Shown: piece after piece, positions 16,167 through 28,919 of the stretch
How positions within the stretch are numbered: position 1 is the stretch's first letter
Layout: every line of letters starts with the position of its first letter
Source of the DNA: Eledone cirrhosa
Taxonomy: Eukaryota
Direction: 5' to 3'
Length of the DNA stretch: 64,000 nucleotides
Assembly (NCBI GenBank): GCA_964016885.1
Contig: OZ024741.1
Coordinates: 314,092,001-314,156,000 of the forward strand
Notes under the pieces: generated by a model
The model's database searches: none
What the model saw: only the letters and a program-made list of their open reading frames with translations
What the model was told of the DNA's origin: nothing
Made by a program: the position numbers and the translations under genes

Positions 16167-16284
16167 TATTGACATATGTTTCTGTAACAGACGGAACACC
16201 TATGTATCGCTGCTTGCGTAATCATATAATGTTAGCAAGTATTCGATAGCAAATGTATAATCAGTTGTCACTTCTTCAGAGATA
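16167..16284 (-). ncRNA. Type I hammerhead ribozyme (weak stem I)
   Basis: CTGAAGA-aGTGACA...TGTTACa-GAAAC-ATAT-GTC; palindromic stem III; AATAAA 7 nt downstream. Confidence 0.65.
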
Positions 16285-16519
16285 TTGGATAAACTGGAAA
16301 AAATCAGAAAAATTGAAGTATTTATATTAGTTGTAAGAAAGGAAGAAGAGAGGGGATAGTATATGACAGATGGCAATTCAATTTGCTGGTAAACAAGTAT
16401 ATAGAAGGATTTTTAATGAGAATACAATGAGTATATGGCTTATTTTATCTAAATAAGAATTTTTGGGAGTGCCTATTTTAATCTATATTTGACCAATTGA
16501 ACAATGGACAGGGATGCTC

Positions 16520-16595
16520 ATTTGGTGTAGTAGTATTAATACAGATATATCTGTATTAATACAGATATATCTGTATTAATACTACTACACCAAAT
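16520..16595. repeat. Perfect 76-bp palindrome with internal 20-bp tandem repeat
   Basis: atttggtgtagtagtattaatacagatatatctgtattaatacagatatatctgtattaatactactacaccaaat equals its own reverse complement. Confidence 0.95.
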
Positions 16596-16919
16596 AAACC
16601 TTATGCTGTGGGGAAATAGGCTGTCTGAAGATTCATTTCTTCCCATTGGAAATTCTCTGGATCCCCAATCTTTTGGAATGATGAAACCGTCGTTAACAGC
16701 ATTAGAACAGGTGATTATTCAAATCGTTTTTTAATTTATTTAGAGAATTGTTTGATAACCGCTCGCTTTGCTACTATTTATAATGTTCTGGCATCTCGAA
16801 TTAGTACCATTGAACCACAAATATTATAAATAAATTGCATACTTCTACAATTACATTGTACCTGTTGAGTTATTCATCCACTTTTATAATTTTTCTCCTT
16901 ATGTAGAGAACAAGACATA

Positions 16920-17700
16920 CCCGTTCCAAAGACCATCATGTATAGATAAGAAATATATAACCTGTAAAATAAGCCCCCATATTAACTGTAAAACTAGAAA
17001 TGTAGTGTATAGCATAAGATATACTGAAGGACAATGTAGAAACAAAAATATAGTGTACATAGGTGAGACAGCTCGTAGTATAGGGGAACGAATAAATGAA
17101 CACTGGTGAGACCTTCAAAATAATAAAGAATCATCTGTGCTCTACCAACATGCTAAGATAGAACACAGGGGTAGATTAGAGAACATAAAAATAAAAATAG
17201 AATCCACACACAGAAAAGATGCAATGTTTAGGCAAATTACAGAGGCAGTAAGCATAAAAGAATTACAACCAAAATTAAATAGAAAATATGAGTGGAACAG
17301 CAACATCACAACTTACAGTTAAGGACAAAATGAAAACACACACAGGACAAAATGAAAAGACACACACACATAGAACAAACAACTTACAATTAAGGACAAA
17401 ATGAAAACACACACAGGACAAAATGAAAACACACACACACACATAGAACAAACAACCAACGAACAATAAATAAATAAATAAATAAATAAATAAATAGATA
17501 AATGAACACAAACACACACAGACACCAGGATGTGGAGCATGCGCAAACTGAGCACACAACACACACACAGAAACAAAATGGCGTAGGATAGAAGAAAGGA
17601 AAGGCACAGAAACAAAGAAAGGAATCCCCAGTCACTGAAGAGGTCACAGAATGTGTGACGAAAGGACTATGACTATATATAAACAACTATCTGGTCGTGG
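16920..17700 (+). mobile_element. 3' fragment of a PLE (GIY-YIG end, 3' UTR, HHR), related to the element at 28920-30900
   Basis: NCKTRNVVYSI..YIGETARSIGERI..H and RQITEAV..PKLNRKYEWN. Confidence 0.85.
17630..17674 (+). ncRNA. Minimal type I hammerhead ribozyme
   Basis: AGTCA-CTGAAGA-gGTCACA gaatg TGTGAC-GAAAG-ga-CTA-TGACT. Confidence 0.8.
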
Positions 17701-17893
17701 AACCAACCAACCAACCAGAAATGTATAAGTTTGTAGATTTGTAAATTTATAAATTTATAAATATATAATAAATTGAAGTGAAAGCAACTGGTGCGTGTGT
17801 TTCTTATTGGCAACATGACCCTCCCAAAGTATAACAATATCGGTTTCAACACACGATTTCAGATAAAGAATCTTGCTAAACAAATTCAGAAAC

Positions 17894-17974
<81 letters not shown>

Positions 17975-17988
17975 ATATATATATATAT

Positions 17989-18047
<59 letters not shown>

Positions 18048-18140
18048 TATATATATATATATATATATGCATATATATATATATATATATATATGCATAT
18101 ATAAACATATCCATATATCCATATATATGCATATATATAC

Positions 18141-18223
<83 letters not shown>

Positions 18224-18263
18224 ATTAATAAATGGAAACTATATTTATAAAACCATATTTATT

Positions 18264-18320
18264 TTATTATATATATTTCAAGGATACCAAGTTAAATCAT
18301 GGTATGCCTTCATCAGACAA
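18264..18320 (-). ncRNA. Type I hammerhead ribozyme
   Basis: ttgt-CTGATGA-AGGcATACCA...TGGTATCCTt-GAAAT-ATAT-ATA-ataa. Confidence 0.75.
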
Positions 18321-18731
18321 AATACAATATATAACAGTTTTACAAATAGATATTGACGTACCCTTTCAAAAAGGGGACCGTTGTTTTTGGAGGCCATCCG
18401 GATAGTGGTTTGTTTACTTTAGTAAGTCATAGTGTTAAGAGTAAGTAAAAAGATGGAGAGAGAGAGAGAGAAACGTGGAGAAACGTGGAGAAAAGAAAGG
18501 GAAAGATAGATAAAGAAAAAAGAAGAAAGCAAAAAGAAAAGAGAACAGAGGAAAAATAACGGGGAGATATCAAAACATTAGACAGAGAAAGAACTGAAGA
18601 GAGAGTTATGTAGAGATATAGAGAGGGGGAGAGCACGAAAACATTAAGTTATGTCACATTAAGTTGAGTTAACAATTGAGATGAAATGAATAAATAAATA
18701 AGTGCTTTCCACTTCGATAAATCTAATCTAA

Positions 18732-19745
18732 ATGAAAATGTTTCAAATCTGGATAAAATCTTCAAATCTAAAAAAAATCCCCCCCCCCCCCCCCAACAAA
18801 CTACTAATGGATTTTGAAAATGATATCATATCTATCATCCAAAGCATCAAATTCAAAAACAACTTCAAAGGCCAAGATTACTTAAGAGATATTAAGGATA
18901 AGATTGAAAACTTGGAGAAAACGGAGAAAATTCTAGTCAAGTCGGACAAAACTAATAATCTTTACGGAATACAAAAGGACATTTATAACGAACTTATATT
19001 GAAGGAACTAAGGAAGAAATATAAAGTAGCAAATAAGGATGAACTTGAAAAACTGAATACAGATGCCTCTTGTATAATGCATGAACTAGACATTGAAAAT
19101 AAAACACAACCCTTCATGCCAAGGAAACCTAAGATCAATATGAAGGATCATAAAAGAAACTTTGAAAATGATTTACCAGTCAGATTAATTGCACCATCTA
19201 AATTTGACCTGGGCAGACTTAGCAAAAATATTCTAGATCGAATAATACAACAAATTAAGAATTTAACTAATTTATCTTACTTAAAATTATGGAAAGGGAC
19301 TAGTGAGGTTATCGATTGGTTTAAAGAAATTAAATATAACTATAATAATAAGTTTATTCAGTTGGATATTGCTAACTACTACTCATCTATCACTCCTAAT
19401 CTACTGAATAAGTCACTAACTTACGCATTTAAAAATACAGACCTAACTAGCAATGAAATGCACATTATATTATCGGCACGGAAAACATTAATAGAATTTA
19501 ATAACCAACTCTGGACTAGGGCAGATAGAAATAATAATTTCGACATAACTATGGGATCTTCAGACTCAGCTCAGGTAACCGACCTTGTGGGCCTTTTTAT
19601 AATTAATTCTCTACATAGAAAAATACCAGGGGTAACCGGAGGCTTATATCGTGATGACATGCTTTTACTTATAGAAAATAATAGCTGTGAACTAAATAGA
19701 AAAAGAAAACAAATTATACAATTGTCTGATGAAGGCATACCATGA
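18732..19745 (+). pseudogene. PLE reverse transcriptase, truncated after the YRDD motif
   Basis: KSDKTNNLY, KDHK..F, RLIAPSK, QLDIANYY, FDITMGSSDSAQVTDLVG, GLYRDDML. Confidence 0.9.
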
Positions 19746-19778
19746 TTTAACTTGGTATCCTTGAAATATATATAATGA
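19722..19778 (+). ncRNA. Type I hammerhead ribozyme
   Basis: Same motif as 18264-18320, on the plus strand. Confidence 0.75.
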
Positions 19779-19909
19779 AATAAATATGGTTTTATAAATA
19801 TAGTTTCCATTTATTAATATTGTATATCTACTCCAAATATTTGTCGAGAGCTTTATATCAGTTATAATAATATTTGCTTGTTGTATCCCAACAATTTAAA
19901 TAGAACTTT

Positions 19910-19981
<72 letters not shown>

Positions 19982-20303
19982 TTTCAAGAGTAACCAATCA
20001 TAAAGAGAGAGATGGAGATAGGAGAGGAGATATGAGAGGAGAGATTGGTGAGTTAGTTAGAACCCAAAGCGTAAAGGCATGTGCTCAATGTGCAATATGC
20101 AGTAGAAAGCAGCTAGGTGGCTGGGTTCATGCAGAGGTTAGGTGCGCAGAGCTGGAAATATTCATTTGTTAAGCAAAACAAGATCACAAATTTCACAAGG
20201 AAGACATTATTAAAAGATTGTCAACATATTTCAGTTTGATGGATATATGTATATGTATATATATGCATATATATATATATGTATATATGTATATGTATAT
20301 ATA

Positions 20304-20396
<93 letters not shown>

Positions 20397-20399
20397 ATA

Positions 20400-20860
20400 T
20401 ATAAAATTGGCCAAAACTGCTACTATAGTAACAGTCCGGCTGCTGTCTACTTAACAAACGACTCTTCACTGACTGACCTCGATATCACGTGACTGATTCT
20501 TTTGAATTTGCCACCGACGCAGTAGGCAGTGATTTTGTCAATGGCTTGGAATTTAGTCCACGCTTTGCTTTTTCCATCCACTGAATTATTTTTGTATAAG
20601 TTCCCTGTATCGACGTATTGCCTGGAAACTTAGCTGAGAATAGACTTCCCTGATGACGAAAGGCTTCTCCGTACGTTTCTTCGAAAACTATGTTTATTCC
20701 CTTTCAGAAATTAATTAGTTGGAGTGAAATTTTAGTAAGTAAGTTAATTTTATAATTTTCTTATTTTACGTCTCTCATATTATTGTTCTGCATCCCCATG
20801 CATTGAACCACAAGGTTACTAAGACAAAACCTATATATTTTCGAGCATAAGCATGCATCT
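20400..20860 (+). mobile_element. Diverged solo copy of the 556-bp HHR repeat family
   Basis: Shares cacgtgactgattcttt, ctgagaatagact, ttcttattttacgtc and gcattgaacca with the array at 32021-34680. Confidence 0.8.
20644..20725 (+). ncRNA. Type I hammerhead ribozyme
   Basis: ttcc-CTGATGA-cGAAAGG...CCTTTCa-GAAAT-TAATTA-GTT-ggag. Confidence 0.8.
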
Positions 20861-20944
20861 GTGTATATATATATGTATATGTATATATATATGTATATGT
20901 ATATATATATGTATATGTATATATATATATATGTATATGTATAT

Positions 20945-21056
<112 letters not shown>

Positions 21057-21155
21057 ATTTATATATATATATTTATATGTATATATATATATATGTTTAT
21101 GTATATATGTATATGTATATGTATATATATGTATATGTTTGTATATATATATATT

Positions 21156-21188
<33 letters not shown>

Positions 21189-21202
21189 GTATATGTATAT
21201 AT

Positions 21203-21236
<34 letters not shown>

Positions 21237-21243
21237 GTATATG

Positions 21244-21275
<32 letters not shown>

Positions 21276-21289
21276 AATATATATGTATG

Positions 21290-21330
<41 letters not shown>

Positions 21331-24131
21331 TCAGGTTTAAGGTTTACCACTGTATAGATCTGGTCTATTCCGTAGGGTCAATCGTAGTGCAATAATATAG
21401 AGAGTATTCAACGTAAGGCAGTTCAACCGTCTTTGTTTTTGTAGTTGGTGGTGCTATTACGGAGTTAAATCTCCCCCTGGGAACATAAATACTGCAACCT
21501 GAACTATATTGTAATTCTCCTATGTCTTGAACTCTCCATTTACTAGACAACGACTATTGTTTGTTTATTTATATCTTCACATCTTTATTTGCTGTATTAA
21601 TGCCTTTCCACGTACTCTACCTCTATACATCCATGTACTTTTTACTTCCCTTTTTCGGACTTTTACTCGCGTGTACCCTTAGCACACGACACAGGATTGT
21701 CTCCCCCCCCCCCGGAACATAAATACTGCAACCTGAACTATATTGTAATTCTCCTATGTCTTGATTTCTCCATCTCACTCCAACACCACTCTTGTTGGTT
21801 TATTTACATATTTATACCTATATATTGATATGTTTATATATTTATACCTTTGCTGTACCAATGTGCTCTTCCACGTATTCCACTTCTATGTATCCATGTA
21901 TTTCTACTCCTCACATTGGATTCTGTACCCATTAGCATACGACACTAGAATGTCTCCTCCTGAGAACAAAAATAAATATTACACGACTATATCCCGTACT
22001 CTACATCCCACTAGGATAAATTACAGATCTACATAATACAATTAACGTTTCTTCATAAAAGACTCTATTTAACTAAACCCCGCAACCCAAAACCTCATGG
22101 AAGTTATTTGAATGTTTAATCTTCAATTTTCTGTTTGTTCAATTCTCAATCTTCTTACTCTTTAGTTTTATAATGTTATTCTGAATTCTTTCAACTTCAT
22201 CCGATAGAGTTAAGCAATATTTTAGAGTTCCAACTTTCTGTCGGACTGTTGGGTGAGCTTTAGTGGCGGCGCGACCAGCTCCCTGGCGCACGAGCTTACC
22301 TGGAGTGCTTGGAAAAATAAATTTCCCCTTTTTTCGGTAAATGAAAATACTCGGCGTAGCTTAAATCGCCATGGGGCCCGGGGCGCGGCCGGTGTTTTAA
22401 CCGTCACATAGTACCTTTAAATTACAGAACAAATCGGAACTATTAGATATATCAACCTCAAAATGTTAAACTGCTGAACTTTAAATTTTCTAACCTCTTT
22501 AATATTGAATATTGATTATTAATTGTTTAACTTCATCCTATAAGTATAAACATTGTAACACACTGACTCCTAATATATTCACCTCTGCTAAGATGCGGGT
22601 CTCTGTGAACATTTTCTCGCGCCACTCCTGGCCTGACTGGTCTGACATTAATATCGACCTTCCTCTCTCTTTCTATCTTCCTTCTTATAGCCATCAACCA
22701 TTACTTTTCTACTTCTCTAAGCAAAATTTTAAAGTTCCAACTTTCTGTCGGACTGTTGGGTGGGTTTCTGATGGCGGCGCGACCAGCTCCCTGGCGCACG
22801 AGCTTACCTGGAGTGCTTGGAAAAATATATTTCCCCTTCTTTCGGTAAATGAAAATACTCGGCGTAGCTTAATTCGCCATGGCGCCCGGGGTGCGCCCGG
22901 GTTTTAACCGCCACATAGTACCTTTATATTACATAACAAATCGGAACTATTAGATATATCAACCTGAAAATGTTAAACTGTTGAACTTTAAAGATTTTAA
23001 CCTCTTTAATATTGAATATTGATTATACATTTTTTTCCTTCATCCTATAAGTCTAAACATTGTAACACACTGACTCCCAACATATTCACCTCTGCTTTAT
23101 GCGGGTCCCTGTGAACATTTTCTCGCGCCACTCCTGGCCTGACAGTGGTCTGACATTAATGTCGACCTTCCTTCCTCTCTCTTTCTATCTTCATTCTTAT
23201 AGCCATTAACCATTACTTTCCTACTCCTCTAAACAAAATTTTAAAGTTCCAACTTTCTGTCGGACTGTTGGGTGGGTTTTAATGGCGGCGCGACCAGCTC
23301 CCTGGCGCACGAGCTTACCTGGAGTGCTTGGAAAAATAAATTTCCCCTTCTTTCGGTAAATGAAAATACTCGGCGTAGCTTAATTCGGCATGGGGCCCGG
23401 GGCGCGCCCGGTATTTTAACCGCCACATGGTACCTTTAAATTACATAACAAATCGGAACTATTAGATATATCAACCTGAAAATGTTAAACTGTTGAACTT
23501 TAAATTTTCTAACCTCTTTAATATTGAATATTGATTATTAATTTTTTAACTTCATCCTAGAAGTATAAACATTGTAACACAATGACTCCCAACATATTCA
23601 CCTCTGCTAAGATGCGGGTCCCTGTGAAAATTTTCTCGCACCACTCCTGGCCTGACTGTGGTCTGACATTAATATCGACCTTTCTTCCTCTTTCTTTCTA
23701 TCTTCCTTCTTGTAGCCATCAACGCTTACTTTTCTACTTCTCTCGTCTCTTCCTTCTCTTCTCCCATCTTCCTGTCTTTCTCCCGCAGACTTATCTTCCT
23801 TCCCCCTCTTGCTTGCCTATATCTGACCGATAGTAGTTGCATTTCTTCTTTTAGCTGATATTAACCCTGGTTTCTCTTCTTCTTTCTTCCCCCTCTTCTC
23901 TCTCCTTCCTTTCTTTCTTTCTTTTACCTTGTGTCATGAGATTGACGCTAACTTATGTTCCCATCCCTTTCTGTTTTCGTTTATCTGACCGGTAGTAGCA
24001 TAATATAAACTTTAGCCACGTCACTCGAGGGCGACCGGCTGAGGTTGAAGGAACAGAATAGTGGTCGCCCTCGGGCCCTCGATTTTCAGCCCCATGGATT
24101 TTATCTATTACATTCACGTATTATATTTCGA

Positions 24132-24189
24132 ATACCTGATGATATCACCGGATTCATACGGAACCCGGTCATTGAAATGATCATAGTAT
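24132..24189 (+). ncRNA. Type I hammerhead ribozyme
   Basis: ATAC-CTGATGA-tATcACCGG...CCGGTcATt-GAAAT-GATC-ATA-GTAT; palindromic stem III ATGATCAT. Confidence 0.82.
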
Positions 24190-27037
24190 AATAAACCTTT
24201 CAAGGATTTACACAAATCCAGCCTCCTGTCATTTCATTATAATATTTAACTCCGTAATAGCACCACTAACTACAAAAACAAAGACGGTTGAACTGCCTTA
24301 CGTTGAGTACTCTCTATATTATTGCATTACGATTGACCATACGGAATAGACCAGCTCTATACAGTGGTAAACCTCAAACCTGAATAAGTAATGCTCCTGA
24401 AATGTTGAGCACTTCAAAATGAAATAATGTACAGCGGCATGGGACTGAATATATCTAACCACAATTCGAACTTTGGCTACTCGGTGTTTTCACCTGGCCC
24501 ATTGCTACTCCCCTCTCAGAATATTCGAACTTCGACGAAACTCCACGGATTAGACCATAACATGTATTGTACTGCACTGTATTAACTAAATCGCTACCCT
24601 ATACTTCTGGACAAGTATAACTCACACTGAATTCCCAGACTCGAACACACACTGTTTCCACATCTATATGCATTATCTGACTGCAACTTGAACTATGTTG
24701 TATTTCTCCTGTATCTTGAACTCTCCATTTAATAGACAACGACTCTTGTTTGTTTATTTATATCTTTGCATCTTTATTTGCTGTATTAATGCTTCTCCAC
24801 GTATTCTACCTCTATACATCCATGTACTTTCTACTTCCCTTATTCGGACTTTTACTCGCGTGTACCCTTAGCACACGTCACTGGAATATCTCCCCCTGGG
24901 AACATAAATACTGTAACCTGAACTATATTGTATTTCTCCTGTGTCTTGAACTCTACATTTACTAGACAACGACTATTGTTTGTTTATTTATATCTTCACA
25001 TCTTTATTTGCTGTATTAATGCCTTTCCACGTACTCTACCTCTATACATCCATGTACTTTTTACTTCCCTTATTCGGACTTTTACTCGCGTGTACCCTTA
25101 GCACACGACACAGGATTGTCTCCCCCCCCCCTGGGAACATAAATACTGCAACCTGAACTATATTGTAATTCTCCTATGTCTTGATTTCTCCATCTTACTC
25201 CAACACCACTCTTGTTGGTTTATTTACATAATTATACCTATATATGGATATGTTTATATATTTACACCTTTGCTGTACCAATGTGCTCTTCCACGTATTC
25301 CACTTCTATGTATCCATGTATTTCTACTCCTCACATTGGGACCTGTACCCATTAGCACACGACACTAGAATGTCTCCTCCTGAGAACAAAAATAAATATT
25401 ACACGACTATATCCCGTACTCTACATCCCACTAGGATAAATTACAGATCTACATAATACAATTAACGTTTCTTCATAAAAGACTCTATTTAATGAAACCC
25501 CGCAACCCAAAACCTCATGGAAGTTATTTGAATTTTTAATCTTCAATTCTTTGTTTGGTCAATTCTCAATCTTCTTACTCTTTAGTTTTATAATGTTATT
25601 CTGAATTCTTTCAACTTCATCCGATAAAGTTAAGCAATATTTTAGAGTTCCAACTTTCTCTCGGACTGTTGGGTGGGTTTTAGTGGCGGCGCGACCAGCT
25701 CCCTGGCGCACGAGCTTACCTGGAGTGCTTGGAAAAATAAATTTCCCCTTCTTTCGATAAATGAAAATACTCGGCGTAGCTTAATTCGCTATGGGGCCCG
25801 GGGCGCGGCCGGTGTTTAACCGTCACATAGTACCTTTAAATTACAGAACAAATCGGAACTATTAGATATATAAACCTGAAAATGTTAAACTGCTGAACTT
25901 TAAATTGTCTAACCTCTTTAATATTGAATATTGATTATTAATTTCTTAACTTCATCCTATAAGTATAAACATTGTAACACTCTGACTCCCAATATATTCA
26001 CCTCTGCTAAGATGCGGGTCCCTGTGAACATTTTCTCGCGCCACTCCTGGCCTGACTGGTCTGACATTAATATCGACCTTCCTCTCTCTTTCTATCTTCC
26101 TTCTTATAGCCATCAACCATTACTTTTCTACTTCTCTAAGCAAAGTGTTAAAGTTCCAACTTTCTGTCGGACTGTTGGGTGGGTTTTAATGGCGGCGCGA
26201 CCAGCTCCCTGACGCACGAGCTTACCTGGAGTGTTTGGAAAAATAAATTTCCCCTTCTTTCGGTAAATGAAAATAGTCGGCGTAGCTTAATTCGCCATGG
26301 GGCCCGGGGCGCGCCCGGTGTTTTAACCGCCACATAGTACCTTTAAATTACAGAACAAATCGGAACTATTAGATATATCAACCTGAAAATGTTAAACTGT
26401 TGAACTTTAAATTTTCTAACCTCTTTAATATTGAATATTGATTATTAATTTTTTAACTTCATCCTAGAAGTCTAAACATTGTAACACACTGACTCCCAAT
26501 ATATTCACCTCTGCTAAGATGCCGGTCTCTGTGAAAATTTTCTCGCGCCACTTTGGCCTGACTGTGGTCTGACATTAATATCGACCTTTCTTCCTCTTTC
26601 TTTCTATCTTCATTCTTGTAGCCATCAACCCTTACTTTTCTACTTCTCTCTTCTCTTCCTTCTCTTATCCCCTCTTCCTGTCTTTCTCCCCCAGACTTAT
26701 CTTCCTTCCCCCTCTTTCTTGCCTATATCTGACCGATAGTAGTTGCATTTCTTCTTTTAGCTGACATTAACCCTGGTTTCTCTTCTTCTTTCTTCCCCCT
26801 CTTCTCTCTCCTTCCTTTCTTTCTTTCTTTTACCTTGTGTCATGAGATTGACGCTAACATATGTTCCCATCCCTTTCTGTTTTCGTTTATCTGACCGGCA
26901 GTAGCATAATATAAACTTTAGCCACGTCACTCGAGGGCGACCGGCTGAGGTTGAAGGAACAGAATAGTGGTCGCCCTCGGGCCCTCGATTTTCAGCCCCA
27001 TGGATTTTATCTATTACATTCACGTATTATATTTCGA

Positions 27038-27095
27038 ATACCTGATGATATCACCGGATTCATACGGAACCCGGTCATTGAAATGATCATAGTAT
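27038..27095 (+). ncRNA. Type I hammerhead ribozyme
   Basis: Identical to 24132-24189. Confidence 0.82.
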
Positions 27096-27146
27096 AATAA
27101 ACCTTTCAAGGATTTACACAAATCCAGCCTCCTGTCATTTCATTAC

Positions 27147-27240
<94 letters not shown>

Positions 27241-27245
<5 letters not shown>

Positions 27246-27586
27246 AACCAGTAAGACCCCGACAGCTGAGCTCAAGCCGTTTCGACGGCTAATTCTGGAC
27301 TAAATGAAAATTTATCCTGGTATTTAAATAGCCGATCTTCTCAAGGGGTAATTCCATATATGGTCAAAGTGATTGTCAAAAATCAGTAGTAATTCTGTGG
27401 TTGCAAATTAGTAGGGGAGATGGTGGCTAAACCTGCCAGTAGGAGAAAGAGGGGAGGGGGTGGAGTAGACCCAATCAAGCGTTGGTAGTGCCAGCTACAG
27501 CTGGGCATGAGGTCAAAGAAGATACAGGGGAGGGGGAGGGGGAGGAAGTCGGAACGGTAGGTAGAACAATGGGGGGTAGAAATAGG

Positions 27587-27623
<37 letters not shown>

Positions 27624-27795
27624 TGAGAGTGAAGAAAGGCAAATAAGTGTAAAGAAAAGTAAAGTAAATTAAATTCTACGACCTAGGTGTCAGGCTATTG
27701 TTAGGCGAGAATAAAATAAATAAAGAAAGAAAGAAGTAAAAAAATAAATAAATGAATAAATAAGGAAATAAGTAAGAGAACTAGGTGGGACGGAT
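27241..27795 (-). mobile_element. PLE pLTR fragment (family of the element at 9740-13448)
   Basis: Homologous to 9820-10395. Confidence 0.85.
27256..27349 (-). ncRNA. Type I hammerhead ribozyme, U3-A8 core variant
   Basis: ACCCC-TTGAGAA-GAtCGGCTA...TAGCCGTC-GAAAC-ggcttgagctcagct-GTC-GGGGT. Confidence 0.8.
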
Positions 27796-27808
27796 TATAT
27801 ATATATAT

Positions 27809-27900
<92 letters not shown>

Positions 27901-27954
27901 CGAGAGGGCGAGAGGTAGGATCAATATATATGTGTGTGTGTATATATATATATA

Positions 27955-28665
27955 AGGAAAAAATGAAACGAAATTTCATTTCCCACCCTTAGTACGGCTG
28001 TTACGTAAATATAAGTATTTACACGTACATACATATATGTATACAGACGTACAGTAGTATATATATATATATATACATACATGCACACATATATATATAT
28101 GTACGTATGGATTCACCGAACATTTATTATAATGCTCGGTGTGTTTGTAATGAATGTTCGGTGAATCCATACGTACATATATATATGTGAGCATGTATGT
28201 ATATATATATATATATATACATACTACTGTACGTCTGTATACGTATATGTATGTACGTGTACATACTTATATTTAAGTAACAGCCGTACTAAGAGTGGGA
28301 AATGAAATTTCGTTTCATTTTTTTCCGTTTATCGTTTTCGGTGCACCCGCCGTTTAACCCACTCGATATGCAAATTGTGCTACTCAGCCGTTAATATGCA
28401 TAAGGTAAGTATATACGTTCAACAATCTGACAGGAAGGTATACGTTGCTGACGATTGCTAATAAGCTTGAAACTAGTACAGCGTTCCTTTGTCAGTGTGG
28501 AACCAACGAGCAACGATGGTTGCTAGACACTACGGCTTAATACAGGATGTTTGTTTACAAACACACCGAGCATTATAATAAATGTTCGGTGAATCCATAC
28601 GTACATATATATATGTGTGCATGTATGTATATATATATATACATACTACTGTACGTCTGTATACA

Positions 28666-28700
<35 letters not shown>
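27955..28700. mobile_element. PLE pLTR-like unit with inverted and partial tandem copies
   Basis: 27955-28125 is inverted relative to 28155-28326; 28580-28685 repeats 28155-28265; contains an HHR. Confidence 0.7.
28442..28484 (+). ncRNA. Minimal type I hammerhead ribozyme
   Basis: ACGTTG-CTGACGA-ttGCT aata AGCtt-GAAAC-TA-GTA-CAGCGT; palindromic stem III ACTAGT. Confidence 0.85.
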
Positions 28701-28704
<4 letters not shown>

Positions 28705-28729
28705 TTGATATATATATATATATATATAT

Positions 28730-28868
28730 AACGAAGGAAATGTGGTAAGGAACCAGATGGACCATAACGCACGAAAGTACTCAATACTGAGGGTAGTAGA
28801 GTGGGTAATAGCAACAAGTATGAGCCAGACGGCTGAGCTCAGCCGTCGGGGCTCCTACTTGTTCCTAT
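28730..28868 (-). mobile_element. Short pLTR fragment folded back at the HHR stem III palindrome
   Basis: Homologous to 9740-9855; inverts at gacggctgagctcagccgtc (28828-28847). Confidence 0.75.
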
Positions 28869-28919
28869 ATATATATATATATTGCTATGTTCCTATATAT
28901 ATATATATATATTTTGCTG

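Larger units (their letters stand above)
18220..19900 (+). mobile_element. Internally deleted PLE with inverted pLTR copy at the 5' end
   Basis: RT ORF 18732-19745 is fused directly to an HHR-containing pLTR; 18220-18320 is the reverse complement of 19722-19822. Confidence 0.88.
21330..27150 (+). mobile_element. Large non-coding tandem element (two ~2.8-2.9 kb copies with ~238-bp and ~510-bp sub-repeats), HHR near each 3' end, inverted 5' piece
   Basis: 21761 matches 25181 (offset 3420); HHRs are 2906 bp apart because one ~510-bp subunit is missing in copy 2; 21330-21470 is the reverse complement of 24244-24385; (TA)n on both sides. Confidence 0.85.

Noticed and set aside
16596-16915. Possible Tc1/mariner transposase remnant on the minus strand (GYQTIL; IFRQPISPQH)
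   Set aside because: Similarity too weak and fragmented to support without a profile search
22265-22310. Resemblance to the HDV ribozyme 5' half or to the U1 snRNA 5' end (CTTACCTGG)
   Set aside because: No complementary P1 strand or P4-catalytic C region, and no U1 stem-loops or Sm site follow
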